64,000 nucleotides of DNA from Gemmatimonadaceae bacterium. GTDB lineage: Bacteria > Gemmatimonadota > Gemmatimonadetes > Gemmatimonadales > Gemmatimonadaceae. A program made the position numbers and the translations under genes. Below the pieces are notes generated by a model, which did no database searches, was not told where the DNA came from, and worked only from the letters and a program-made list of their open reading frames with translations. The stretch covers positions 25,387 to 89,386 of the forward strand of contig JANMNM010000078.1 in the NCBI GenBank assembly GCA_031373905.1, written 5' to 3'. How positions within the stretch are numbered: the stretch's first letter is position 1; every line of letters begins with the position of its first letter. Positions 54,097-63,668 of this stretch are shown one piece after another.

Positions 54097-54944
54097 CCAA
54101 CGGCTCCCTGCGCCGCGGTATGTCGCTCTGCGAAGTGCTCGTCGCGGTTGTGCTGCTGCTCATCGTCGTCCAGATCGGCGGTGTCAGCGCACGAACGGTG
54201 CTGGCACGTGAGTCACGTGTCGCGACCTTGAGCAGCAGGAGCAGCGCGATCGCGGACGGACTGCAGACGCTCGCGCGCCATGTCGCCGGCGCAGACCCGT
54301 CAGCCGACGATCTGCGGCGCGCGAGCGGATCCGTCCTCGATGTCGTGACGACGATCGGCGTGGCATCAGCGTGCCGGATCCGGGGCGATACGCTGGTGAT
54401 CTCGAGCGGCGACAGCGCGTCGCCATGGTTCGCCACGCTGCCGCGTGCGGCGACGTCTGACGACGCCGTCCGCGTCTGGACTGATCGGGACGGATGGGTG
54501 GATCGACGGATTCTCTCCGTCGCCAGCGGCGGTGGTGCGTGCGGCGAGAGCTCCGCACCGTGGCCCGGCGTCGGCTCGCAACGGCTCATGCTGAATGACA
54601 CGCTGCCCCGGAGTGCCAGACCTGGAGGACTCGTGCGCGTGTTGTCACGGGAACGGTGGTCGCTCACGCTTGGCGGTGACGGCAACTGGTCGCTGACTCG
54701 TGCCACCTGGAATCCTGCCTCCGCCACGTTCAGTGTACCGCAGCCTCTCGTCTCGCCACTCGCCGCGCTGACAGCCGCCACCGGAGCCGGCTTCACGGTG
54801 CGTGCGGCTGACGCGGCGGGCGCGACGCTCGCCGACAGCTCGTTGCGAAACGCACACTTCGTCGACGTCGTGATGCGGGGACGGCAGCACGTGCGCTACG
54901 GCGCGATCACCGACTCGGTACGGATCCATGTCGCCGCGCCGTGA
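54093..54944 (+). CDS. Minor pilin, PilW-like
   Basis: RRG|MSLCEVLVAVVLLLIVV with Glu at +5. ATGA overlap with the previous gene. Confidence 0.7.
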   Translation: MTNGSLRRGMSLCEVLVAVVLLLIVVQIGGVSARTVLARESRVATLSSRSSAIADGLQTLARHVAGADPSADDLRRASGSVLDVVTTIGVASACRIRGDTLVISSGDSASPWFATLPRAATSDDAVRVWTDRDGWVDRRILSVASGGGACGESSAPWPGVGSQRLMLNDTLPRSARPGGLVRVLSRERWSLTLGGDGNWSLTRATWNPASATFSVPQPLVSPLAALTAATGAGFTVRAADAAGATLADSSLRNAHFVDVVMRGRQHVRYGAITDSVRIHVAAP

Positions 54945-55857
54945 TTGTCGCAACCGATCCGGCGCGGCGTTGCTCTTCGCCATCGTCATATCGGCAGTGG
55001 TCGGCATTGCTGCGATGGCGTTGTCGCAGGCCGCGGCCGACACACGTCGAAGCGCGACGCTGGAATCGGCAGGCGCACGAGCGTCGGCAGTTGCAGACTC
55101 CGCTCGTTCGCTGGCCTTCGCTGCCATCGCTGACGGCGGCTGGCGTGTGCTGACCACACCCGGCACGGCGTACCAGGTCGCGGCCGGGCCAACGGCGCAC
55201 GGGAACTGGCGCGTGCACATCGGCAGAACGGGCTGGCTGACACTCCTCGTTCGCGGGACCGCCTCCATTGCGTCGGGGGTGCCCGGCGTGTCGGCGAGTG
55301 CGGATTCTCGCGCGGTGGTTCCGTTGCTCGCACCACTCGAGGTACCGCGATCGGCCGTTACCGGCGCCGCGCCATGGAGCGTGGCCACGGGGGCGACCAT
55401 CGACATCTCTGGCGCGGCACCGACCGAGATCATCTGCCGCGACGGAGACACCGTCACGCCGACTCGGCTTGCGCCGGCTCCCGATCTGAGCGGCGTGAGT
55501 CTTCCGGCGGTGGACCCCGACACCGTGACCGACTCCCTCGTCGGTGCCTTCCGCCTGACGCGCAGCACCGTGAGTCAGCCGTTACGGATCCGAGGTATGG
55601 TCGTGGTCGATACAGATCTCCACATCGGCGCCGACCTTGAACTGACGGGAGTTCTCGTCTCGCGGGGGTCTGTGCACCCCGCTGGCGGCCGGCTCGACGT
55701 GGTCGGTGCGGTGGTTGCCGGCGACGCGGGCGGCGGGGCTTCCGGACTCGGTCCGCTCGACCGGGTGCGGTACGACGCGTGCGCGATCCGGCGCGCGGTG
55801 GAACAGGTGACGCACCCGGCGTCAGGTGCAGCATGGTCAACGCTGCGTCTCTTCTGA
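54928..55857 (+). CDS. PilX-like pilus assembly protein (hydrophobic N-terminus without Glu5)
   Basis: RSGAALLFAIVISAVVGIAAMAL N-terminal segment. It overlaps the previous gene by 17 nt. Confidence 0.6.
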   Translation: MSPRRDCRNRSGAALLFAIVISAVVGIAAMALSQAAADTRRSATLESAGARASAVADSARSLAFAAIADGGWRVLTTPGTAYQVAAGPTAHGNWRVHIGRTGWLTLLVRGTASIASGVPGVSASADSRAVVPLLAPLEVPRSAVTGAAPWSVATGATIDISGAAPTEIICRDGDTVTPTRLAPAPDLSGVSLPAVDPDTVTDSLVGAFRLTRSTVSQPLRIRGMVVVDTDLHIGADLELTGVLVSRGSVHPAGGRLDVVGAVVAGDAGGGASGLGPLDRVRYDACAIRRAVEQVTHPASGAAWSTLRLF

Positions 55858-56100
55858 GTCCCGCACGGTGCGGGAACCGGGGGCGCCGTTCGGTGCGGCC
55901 AGCGCGGGTGGCGCTGGTGCCGTACGGGAAGGACACTCGCTCCGCCGACGTTACCTATTCGCGCGCCATTCGTTCACTGTGTGCGCCTCGACCCACCTGT
56001 CGATCGCCAATAGCGGGACAGCGTGTCGTGTTCCGTGGCCGTGCTCACCGACCACCCCGGTGACCCTGTACGGGTCTCGTCACATCTGGCCCCACATCCG

Positions 56101-57150
56101 ATGGCGTTCTTCAAGCGACGTAAGGTCACGATCGGTCTGGACATCGGCTCAGGCCTGGTCAAGATCGCGGTGATTGATCATGGCAAGGGCCTGCCTGAAC
56201 TCCAGCGCGTGATCATCGAGCCGGTCCCCGCCGATGCGATCGTCGATGGTGAGGTGATGGACCACGCGCTCGTTATCCTCGCCGTGCAGAACGCGATGGC
56301 CTCAGCGGCATCGGACGTCAAGGGCTCACAGATCATCACGGCGGTTGGCGGCGGCAACGTCATCGTGCGGAAAGTCACCATCGATCGCGCCAAGCTGGGC
56401 GAGATCCGTGACGCGATGCAGTGGGAAGCCGAACAGATCGTCCCGTTCGACACGAGCTCGATTTCGCTTGATTATCAGGTGCTTGACCCTGATGGCGACT
56501 CGCCGGAAGTCTCGGTGCTGATGGCCGTCGCGAAGCGCGACCTGATCGACGCACGCGTGCAGCTGCTGCGAGATGCCGGCATCGAGCCGAAGGTGATCGA
56601 TGTCGAGTCCTTTGCGCTGCACAACGCCTTCGAGTTCAATCATCCCGATGCGATGCGCGGCACCGTCGCGCTGGTGAACATCGGAAACGACGTTTGCAAC
56701 GTCAGCGTGCTCGACGACGGCATTCCGATCCTCACGCGCGACAATACCGTCGGGGTGCGCCGCTTGCGCGAAGACCTGCAGCGCGATGCGCGCATGACGG
56801 CTGACGACGCGGACGCGGCCCTCGTGGCGCCGACCACGAACGCGGCCCTCGAGACCGTCGTGCAGCGTCGTGGTGAGGAACTGGCGAAGGAAATCGAGCG
56901 TACCGCGACGGCGGCGCAGTCGTTGTCGCGCACGGTCCGCCCGATCCGCGAGATCTACATCGCCGGCGGTGGCGCGAGAATCATCGGGCTGGCCGAGCGA
57001 CTGGCCGGCCTGCTGCGAATCCCCGTCCGACCCGTCAACCCGTTGCTCAATCTGGCCGTGGCCGACGGGGCGCTCAATGACGTCAACGCTGATGAAGTCT
57101 CGTCGCTGCTGGTGCTGCCAGTGGGACTCGCCCTTCGACAGGTCGCCTGA
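56101..57150 (+). CDS. pilM: Type IV pilus assembly protein PilM (actin-like ATPase fold)
   Basis: IGLDIGSGLVKIAVI phosphate-1 motif, and the gene order pilMNOPQ. Confidence 0.9.
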   Translation: MAFFKRRKVTIGLDIGSGLVKIAVIDHGKGLPELQRVIIEPVPADAIVDGEVMDHALVILAVQNAMASAASDVKGSQIITAVGGGNVIVRKVTIDRAKLGEIRDAMQWEAEQIVPFDTSSISLDYQVLDPDGDSPEVSVLMAVAKRDLIDARVQLLRDAGIEPKVIDVESFALHNAFEFNHPDAMRGTVALVNIGNDVCNVSVLDDGIPILTRDNTVGVRRLREDLQRDARMTADDADAALVAPTTNAALETVVQRRGEELAKEIERTATAAQSLSRTVRPIREIYIAGGGARIIGLAERLAGLLRIPVRPVNPLLNLAVADGALNDVNADEVSSLLVLPVGLALRQVA

Positions 57151-57157
57151 GGCCCCG

Positions 57158-57922
57158 ATGATGATCGAGATCAATCTGCTCAATCCCGGCGAACGCGCCG
57201 GGAAGAAGAAATCGAAGGGCCTGTCGTTCCTGTCGCGCTTCGAGCGCCACAAGCCTGCGCAGGCCGATCTGGTCGACGACTTCGCGCCGATTCCGGCGCG
57301 GCCCGCCATTGCTGCCGCGGCGGGGATTGCGGTCGCGCTGTCGGTGCTGGGGATCGGGGGGGCCTTCTGGTATCAGGATCGCCAGCTGGCCCGACTGGAT
57401 GACAGCCTGCAACAGGAGCTGGCCGATTCGTCACGCTTCTCGGCGGTGATCGGTGAACGCAAGGCCGTCATCGCGCGACGCGACTCGATGATCGCACAGC
57501 TGAACATCATTCAACAGATCGACGAGAGCCGCTACGTCTGGCCACACATCCTCGACGAGATCAGCCGGGCCCTGCCTCCGTACACCTGGATCACTGCCAT
57601 CACCCAGTTGAGCGCGAAGCCGGTGCTGCCGCAGCGCGATACGACGAAGGCCAAGGCCGATTCCACCGTCCCGCGCGTCAAGCCACCCACCGAGCCGCAG
57701 GTCGCATTCCAGATCATCGGGAACACCGTCGATATCCAGGCCCTGACGCGATTCATGCGCGTGCTCGAGACCTCGCCATTCGTGCAGAACGTGACCATCA
57801 ACAAATCGAACGTGATGCTCATCGACAACCGCGAGGTCACCGAGTTCACACTCGACGTGCAGTACCAGAAGCCGTCTCCGGCTGCCATCACGACCGTCCC
57901 CGTCACACTGTCGGTGCGCTGA
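57158..57922 (+). CDS. pilN: Type IV pilus assembly protein PilN
   Basis: MMIEINLL N-terminal motif and a single TM (AAAAGIAVALSVLGIGGAFWY). Confidence 0.85.
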   Translation: MMIEINLLNPGERAGKKKSKGLSFLSRFERHKPAQADLVDDFAPIPARPAIAAAAGIAVALSVLGIGGAFWYQDRQLARLDDSLQQELADSSRFSAVIGERKAVIARRDSMIAQLNIIQQIDESRYVWPHILDEISRALPPYTWITAITQLSAKPVLPQRDTTKAKADSTVPRVKPPTEPQVAFQIIGNTVDIQALTRFMRVLETSPFVQNVTINKSNVMLIDNREVTEFTLDVQYQKPSPAAITTVPVTLSVR

Positions 57923-57923
57923 C

Positions 57924-58568
57924 ATGCTGAATCAATTCTCCAGGCGCGAACAGAGCCTGCTGGCCGTCATTCTCTGCGCCGTCGGGCTGAGTGTGGTCTT
58001 CTACATGTACGTCTTCACGCCGAAGAATGAATCGATCACGGAGCAGGCCGCTCACGTGGACGCGCTGACTGTGGCGAACCAGAAGGCGGCCAGCGAACTG
58101 AAGGCCGGCAACCTCCGGCAGCTGAAGGAAGACGCGGGGCGTTACGCGGAGAACCTGGCCGTGATGCGCCAACTCGTTCCGACGGTGAATGAGGTGCCGG
58201 GGCTGCTCGAGCAGGTCTCGAACTCGGCCCGTCGCGTCGGACTCGACATCGCCAGCGTCACGCCGCAGCCGGTGTCGAGCGGCGGCGAGAACTACGACGC
58301 ACATCGCTATCGGCTGATCGTGAAGGGCGGATACAACCACATGACCGAGTTCCTCACCAACGTCGGGAGCCTGCCGAGAATCGTCACGCCGATGATCCTG
58401 AAGATGAAGATGGCGGACAACACCGGCGGCGCGGCCCCGAATCCGGGAACGCGTCGGCAGATGCCTGCCTCGCAGGCGCCGATCATGACCGAGTTCGACA
58501 TCGAGACCTACGTGGCTCGCGGTGGCGAGCCTGTCTCCACGTCGCGACGTGGAGGGACGACGCCATGA
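57924..58568 (+). CDS. pilO: Type IV pilus assembly protein PilO
   Basis: N-terminal TM, coiled coil, and a ferredoxin-like C-terminus (YRLIVKGGYNHMTEFLTNVGSLPRIV). Confidence 0.8.
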   Translation: MLNQFSRREQSLLAVILCAVGLSVVFYMYVFTPKNESITEQAAHVDALTVANQKAASELKAGNLRQLKEDAGRYAENLAVMRQLVPTVNEVPGLLEQVSNSARRVGLDIASVTPQPVSSGGENYDAHRYRLIVKGGYNHMTEFLTNVGSLPRIVTPMILKMKMADNTGGAAPNPGTRRQMPASQAPIMTEFDIETYVARGGEPVSTSRRGGTTP

Positions 58569-59068
58569 GGACGTCCCCACTGCGACGGCTCGGATTCCTC
58601 TGCGCCATCGCCGCGGCGCCACTCGGCGCACAGCAGGTCGCGCTGCGACCTGACGCCGGCAAGCCCATCCCCGTCGCCACCGCGCAACGCGATTCAGCGA
58701 CGCGCCCGGACCAGCTCGCGTATCGTCGCGAAGTATTTGCGTATGACGCGGGCGGCCGGCGCGATCCATTCGTGTCGCTCGCGACCACGGGGGTGCTGCG
58801 CCCCACGATTGCCGATCTCCTGCTGGTGGGCATCGCCTACGCCACGCGCGGTGGCGCGGGTGGCCTGCAGTCGGTGGCGATCTTCCGCGATCGAACCACG
58901 AAGGAACAGTACCGCGTGCGTGTCGGGCAACCGCTCGGTCGTATGCGTGTGGCGAGCATCGAGCCGCGTCGTGTCGTGTTTGCGATCGATGAGTTCGGCG
59001 TCAGCCGTCAGGAAAGCATTGCCATGGGTGATTCGACCCGAACCATCACGCCGACGAGGGCACCATGA
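58565..59068 (+). CDS. pilP: PilP-like pilus assembly protein
   Basis: Signal peptide, an RDPF motif, and a beta-sandwich-like C-terminus. Its position is between pilO and pilQ. Confidence 0.7.
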   Translation: MRTSPLRRLGFLCAIAAAPLGAQQVALRPDAGKPIPVATAQRDSATRPDQLAYRREVFAYDAGGRRDPFVSLATTGVLRPTIADLLLVGIAYATRGGAGGLQSVAIFRDRTTKEQYRVRVGQPLGRMRVASIEPRRVVFAIDEFGVSRQESIAMGDSTRTITPTRAP

Positions 59069-61107
59069 TGCACCGGATGCAAGTTTCATCGCTGCTGCGC
59101 AGCTGGTATCGCGCCGCCGCAGCCGGGGTCGCGGTGTTCGCCGCGATGTCGGCGATGCCAGCTGCGATTCGTGCGCAGGCCCTCGTTCAGGGCGTTCGTG
59201 TCGAGTCCACAACCCGCGGAACGTTCGTGTCCGTGTCGCTGACCGATTCCGTCGCGCGGTCATCGTTCACACTGGCGGGGCCGAAGCGGATCGTGCTCGA
59301 TCTGCCCGGCGCGACCCTCGGGGCGCTCGGCGGGCGGCCATACGATGGTCAGCCTCGCGGCCCGGTCCAGAACATTCGCGTGGCGCAGTATCGCCCGGAC
59401 GTCGTCCGCGTCGTGATCGACATCGACGGTAGCATGCGCTACCAGGTCTCGGGTGGCAGCGAGGTGCAGATCGAACTTGCGCCCGGCGAGCAGACGGTCG
59501 GTTGGAGCACAGGCGCATCGCTGCCGACACGCCGCGTTGCCGATGAACCGGCGCGCGAAGTCGCCGCCGTGGCCGTGATGGACTCCACCGTGTCGAGCGG
59601 TAGAGCGCTGGCCGTTGACGGCATGTCGCAGGTCGCGTACCGGACGCCGGAGACGCCAGGCATCAGCAGCCGCGCCGCCGGCAAGCCGCCCAAGCCGCGA
59701 ATCACCGTCAGCTATCAGGAAGCGGACATCCGCGATGTCATCGCCGCCTTCGCCAGCTTCGCGAATCGGACGATCATCGTCGGCCGCGACGTCACCGGCA
59801 GCATTACTGCTGATGTGAAGGACAAGCCATGGGACGAAGCGCTGGCGGCCATTCTCACCGCGCAGGGCCTCGCCGCGAGCGAAGAGCCGAACGGGATCAT
59901 CATCGTCGATTCCTACAAGAACATGCTCGACAAGCAGTCGCTCGAGCCATTGGTGACGCAGGTCGTGAGCATCAACTACGCCAACGCGAGCTCGGTGGCC
60001 ACGACCGTCCGCGGTCTGCTGACGCGCGACTGCGTGCCGGGCGCGGGAACTCCGGCGTCGGGCGGCGGCGGCGCCACAGCGCCCGGCACGGTCCCGACCG
60101 GATGCGTGGTGCGTGGCAGCGTGCAGGCCGACAGCGCGACCAATTCCCTGCTGATCCGCGAAGTCCAGAGCCGGATGGAAGACGTCATCAACTATGTCCG
60201 CTCGATCGACCGTCGAACACCGCAGGTCGCGATCAAGGCGAAGATCATCTTCGTCAACCGCAGCAGCCTCCAGGAACTCGGCATCTCGTACGACATCGGG
60301 ACCGCGCGACAGTACTTCAACACGGTGATCCCGCGCCAGGAAGTCGTGCAGCAGATCCCGATCGACCGCAACGGTGATGGCGTCCCTGATGCCTTCCGCG
60401 AAGTCCGGCAGCCCGTCATCGGTGACCGCGTCGATCTCGGTGGCAGCACCCTCTCGGCCATCGCGAACGCGAACTCCAGCATCTCCAGTCCCGCGCTCAA
60501 CCTGATCTTCAGTGCCGCACTCGGCAAATACTCCCTGACACCGTTCATCCAGGCGCTGCAGGAATCGTCCCTCGCGGACGTGCAGGCTGAGCCGACGGTC
60601 GTGACCCTCGACAACCGCAAGGCGGAGATCCTCGTCGGCCAGGAGATTCCGATCCGTGTCCTCGATGCCGGCGCCGGTGCAGGCGGCGGTGCACAGGGTC
60701 AGATCAACATCCCGCGCGCCACGGTACAGCTCAAGGAAGTCGGCATCTCGCTGTCGGTCACGCCGCGCATCACCAACAATCGTCAGATCATGATGACGAT
60801 CCACGCCGAGAACAGCTCGGCGTCGCTGGCCAGCTCGGATGTCGGATTCATCTTCGACAAGCAGCGCGCCGACAACACGCTGATGGTGCCTGATGGTGAG
60901 ACGGCGGTGATCGGCGGCCTGACCATCACGCAGGTCACGAAGTCGAAGCGCGGCGTGCCGTACCTGATGAACCTGCCGTACATCGGCCGGCTCTTCTCGA
61001 CGACACGAAAGAACGAGCAGAAGCGTGATCTCGTGATCCTGGTCTCTCCGCACATCCTTGACGACGGCGAACCACGCACGCCGCCTTCCAACCCCCCAGG
61101 GCGATAA
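59065..61107 (+). CDS. pilQ: Type IV pilus secretin PilQ (AMIN + N domains + secretin)
   Basis: AMIN-like N-terminus (FTLAGPKRIVLDLPGA...VRVAQYRPDVVRVVIDI) and a secretin core (VGQEIPI...ISLSVTPRI...GETAVIGGL...VPYLMNLPYIGRLF). Confidence 0.9.
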   Translation: MMHRMQVSSLLRSWYRAAAAGVAVFAAMSAMPAAIRAQALVQGVRVESTTRGTFVSVSLTDSVARSSFTLAGPKRIVLDLPGATLGALGGRPYDGQPRGPVQNIRVAQYRPDVVRVVIDIDGSMRYQVSGGSEVQIELAPGEQTVGWSTGASLPTRRVADEPAREVAAVAVMDSTVSSGRALAVDGMSQVAYRTPETPGISSRAAGKPPKPRITVSYQEADIRDVIAAFASFANRTIIVGRDVTGSITADVKDKPWDEALAAILTAQGLAASEEPNGIIIVDSYKNMLDKQSLEPLVTQVVSINYANASSVATTVRGLLTRDCVPGAGTPASGGGGATAPGTVPTGCVVRGSVQADSATNSLLIREVQSRMEDVINYVRSIDRRTPQVAIKAKIIFVNRSSLQELGISYDIGTARQYFNTVIPRQEVVQQIPIDRNGDGVPDAFREVRQPVIGDRVDLGGSTLSAIANANSSISSPALNLIFSAALGKYSLTPFIQALQESSLADVQAEPTVVTLDNRKAEILVGQEIPIRVLDAGAGAGGGAQGQINIPRATVQLKEVGISLSVTPRITNNRQIMMTIHAENSSASLASSDVGFIFDKQRADNTLMVPDGETAVIGGLTITQVTKSKRGVPYLMNLPYIGRLFSTTRKNEQKRDLVILVSPHILDDGEPRTPPSNPPGR

Positions 61108-61113
61108 TCACCC

Positions 61114-63546
61114 ATGCGCACAGAACCGACGCTGGTTTCGCGCGCGCTGCACCTGCTTCTGCCGGTGCTCGCCTCCACCTTCGCCGCCTGCGGCGACTCT
61201 GACCCGACCGTCGATGAAACGACGCTGGATCGCACGGCACCAAGTGTCAGTGTGGTCCGCGCGGCAAGTCCGGATTCAGTCTTCGCCTTCACGGTGACGG
61301 CGAACGACAATCTCGGGGTGAAGTACGTGACGTCGACCCTCAATGGGGCCCTCCTCCGCACGGTGGCAGACACCGTGCGCGCTGCGGTGACCGCCTACAC
61401 CAAGGAGTTCTCGGTCAGGGTTCCGGGGAATGTCACGCCGGGATCGCAGGTCACGCTGATCACGGAAGTCGAGGACGGCAACGGCAATCGCGCCAAGCCC
61501 GACACGACCGTGATGGCCGTCGGCAGCCGACAGCCCGGCTTCGTGACCATCACGAGCCCGCAGAACAACACCCAGGCGGTGCGCGGTCGCTCGGTTGTGG
61601 TCGGCTTTGCGGCACGCAGCACACGAAAGGTCCGTTTCGTCGGATTCAGCGTCACGCCACCGACCGGTGGAACGGCAATCACTGGCGACTCCATCGGCTA
61701 CAGCAGTCCGATGCAGGACAGCCTGTCCACCACGCTCAACTTCGCGATTCCGGCCACGGCCATCGCGGGCTTCTACAACATCGTGCCGTATGTGGTCGAC
61801 TCGATCGGTCAGCGCACGGCAGGCGCGCCGGTGCCGGTGGAAGTCCTGGCCAGCGGCAGTGGGCAGACCATTCCAAAGATTTCCCGGTTCGGCGCCACCG
61901 ATCGTGTGGAGTCGACTGATACCGTCTTCGTCGAGGCACAGGATCCTGTCGGTATCGGGTTCGTCGGCTACGACATCCGCAGCCTCGCCGATGGAGCGAT
62001 CCGGCGCGATTCGGTGCCGGTCGCAAACGGTCCGACGTCCGTGCCGGTCACGTTGCGCATGAGTCTCCCGGCGCCCGTGGGCGGCGCAGCGACCCGGCTC
62101 ATCCTGCGTGTCTTCGCACGCAATACGGAAGGCCGTCTCAACGACAGCCTGGTCACACCGCGCGACACGATCACGCTCGTCGCCGGCACGACACGCACGC
62201 TCCCGAATGGCGGTGCCGTTGCTGACGGGTATTTCCACGACCCGACCGGGCGCCTGTACCTCACGAACATCGAGCGCAACCAGATCGAGGTGTTCAACTT
62301 CGATTCCCTCAACTTCCAGCGGACGCCGATCGCTGTCGGTTCACGACCGTGGGGCATCACCGTCTTCCCGTCGGGTCGCGGCAGTCCGATCGGGCCGGTG
62401 CAGAACCGACTCATTGTCGCCAATTCCGGCGGCACGAACCTCAGCTTCGTGCAGCTCAACGCGGATGGCAGCGGGGCAGAGTACGAACGGTATCTGCTCC
62501 CGAACATCATCGGCTACAAGGTCTCCGTCGCCGGTGGGAACATCACCCGGTCTGTCATCGACTTCTCCGACCGTCCGCAGTACATCGGCGCCGTCTGCAA
62601 CGCGTCGTGCACCGAGACCACCGTCGCATTCTCGACGACGCCAACCGGCGGCCAGTCCGGTGGCTTCGCCGACAAGGGGACGATCCGCTACGAGAACATC
62701 ACGCGGCGGTCATCGCATCTCTTCTTCGAGCACGCGACGTTCCTGCGCGACAACAAGGGCGACACGCTCGAGGTGGTGCGCCTGAAGTCAGGCACGTATG
62801 GCTCCGACTCCACGCTGCTGCCGTTCCCGATTCGCATGGATGCGGTGGGCTTCCCCTCGCGTGACGCAGGCTTCCTCGTCACGATCGCAGACATCGGGTT
62901 CCGCGACACCACGTTCGTCCGCAACTCGGCCAACTTCAAGCGCGCGATCTTCGGTGAGGGCGGCATCGCGAAGGGCAGCCGCACGCTCACCTATGATGTG
63001 GATGCCGGCCTGCGGCCGGTCACGCAGCAGGTGGTGACGGATACGACCACGGGCAAGGTCACGACCTTCACGTCGCAATTCCCGATGATCGACGGCGGTG
63101 TGTCGCCACCGAGCGATGTGTCGGACCTCATCGCGAACGCGTTCTCGCCGGTGCGTGGTGTGGCCGTGAGTGCCGATGGTGAGCTCTTTGCCATCCGTGC
63201 GGACTCGACCTACCTGTTCAACAACACGCTGCGCCTCTACGGGCTGCTGCAGACACAGGGCGGCAACGCCGGCTTTGACTTCCATCCGCTGAATGCCCCG
63301 GGGGCGAACCTCTCGGGGGGCACGCTCGCCACGCGGCTCTCGTTCGCCGCAGCGCGCGAGCCGGTCCTCGAGGTATTCGATACCCGCTGCTTCCAGCGTG
63401 TGGGCGTCATCGCGATCAAGGATCCGATCATCGGACCGTTGAAGACGGCGATTCGTGGCAGCCGCATCGTGGCGGTTGGTGCGACGGCCCGCGGAGTGGT
63501 GGTGCTCGACCTCAACCCGGCTGACTACCAGGCCACATGTAACTGA
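61114..63546 (+). CDS. Large lipoprotein with about three Ig-like repeats and a beta-propeller-like C-terminal region
   Basis: Lipobox-like LASTFAAC. Repeated about 100-aa beta-rich modules (FAFTVTANDNLGVKYV; VRFVGFSVTPP; VGIGFVGYDI). Propeller-like strands (GRLYLTNIERNQIEVFNF, PWGITVFP, RLIVANSGGTNLSFV). It starts 6 nt after the pilQ stop. Confidence 0.65.
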   Translation: MRTEPTLVSRALHLLLPVLASTFAACGDSDPTVDETTLDRTAPSVSVVRAASPDSVFAFTVTANDNLGVKYVTSTLNGALLRTVADTVRAAVTAYTKEFSVRVPGNVTPGSQVTLITEVEDGNGNRAKPDTTVMAVGSRQPGFVTITSPQNNTQAVRGRSVVVGFAARSTRKVRFVGFSVTPPTGGTAITGDSIGYSSPMQDSLSTTLNFAIPATAIAGFYNIVPYVVDSIGQRTAGAPVPVEVLASGSGQTIPKISRFGATDRVESTDTVFVEAQDPVGIGFVGYDIRSLADGAIRRDSVPVANGPTSVPVTLRMSLPAPVGGAATRLILRVFARNTEGRLNDSLVTPRDTITLVAGTTRTLPNGGAVADGYFHDPTGRLYLTNIERNQIEVFNFDSLNFQRTPIAVGSRPWGITVFPSGRGSPIGPVQNRLIVANSGGTNLSFVQLNADGSGAEYERYLLPNIIGYKVSVAGGNITRSVIDFSDRPQYIGAVCNASCTETTVAFSTTPTGGQSGGFADKGTIRYENITRRSSHLFFEHATFLRDNKGDTLEVVRLKSGTYGSDSTLLPFPIRMDAVGFPSRDAGFLVTIADIGFRDTTFVRNSANFKRAIFGEGGIAKGSRTLTYDVDAGLRPVTQQVVTDTTTGKVTTFTSQFPMIDGGVSPPSDVSDLIANAFSPVRGVAVSADGELFAIRADSTYLFNNTLRLYGLLQTQGGNAGFDFHPLNAPGANLSGGTLATRLSFAAAREPVLEVFDTRCFQRVGVIAIKDPIIGPLKTAIRGSRIVAVGATARGVVVLDLNPADYQATCN

Positions 63547-63585
63547 TCACCCGAACGCGCAGCCACCACGTCTGCGACACCGGGA

Positions 63586-63623
63586 ACACAGGCCCGTCCG
63601 CCTCCGAGCGGGCGGGCCTGTGT
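63586..63623 (+). terminator. Stem-loop terminating the pilus operon
   Basis: 16-bp stem ACACAGGCCCGTCCGC / GCGGGCGGGCCTGTGT (one G-T pair) with a 6-nt loop. Confidence 0.6.
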
Positions 63624-63668
63624 GCGTCATGCCGCCGTCCCGAACGCTGGCTGGCGTAGATTGCCGTC

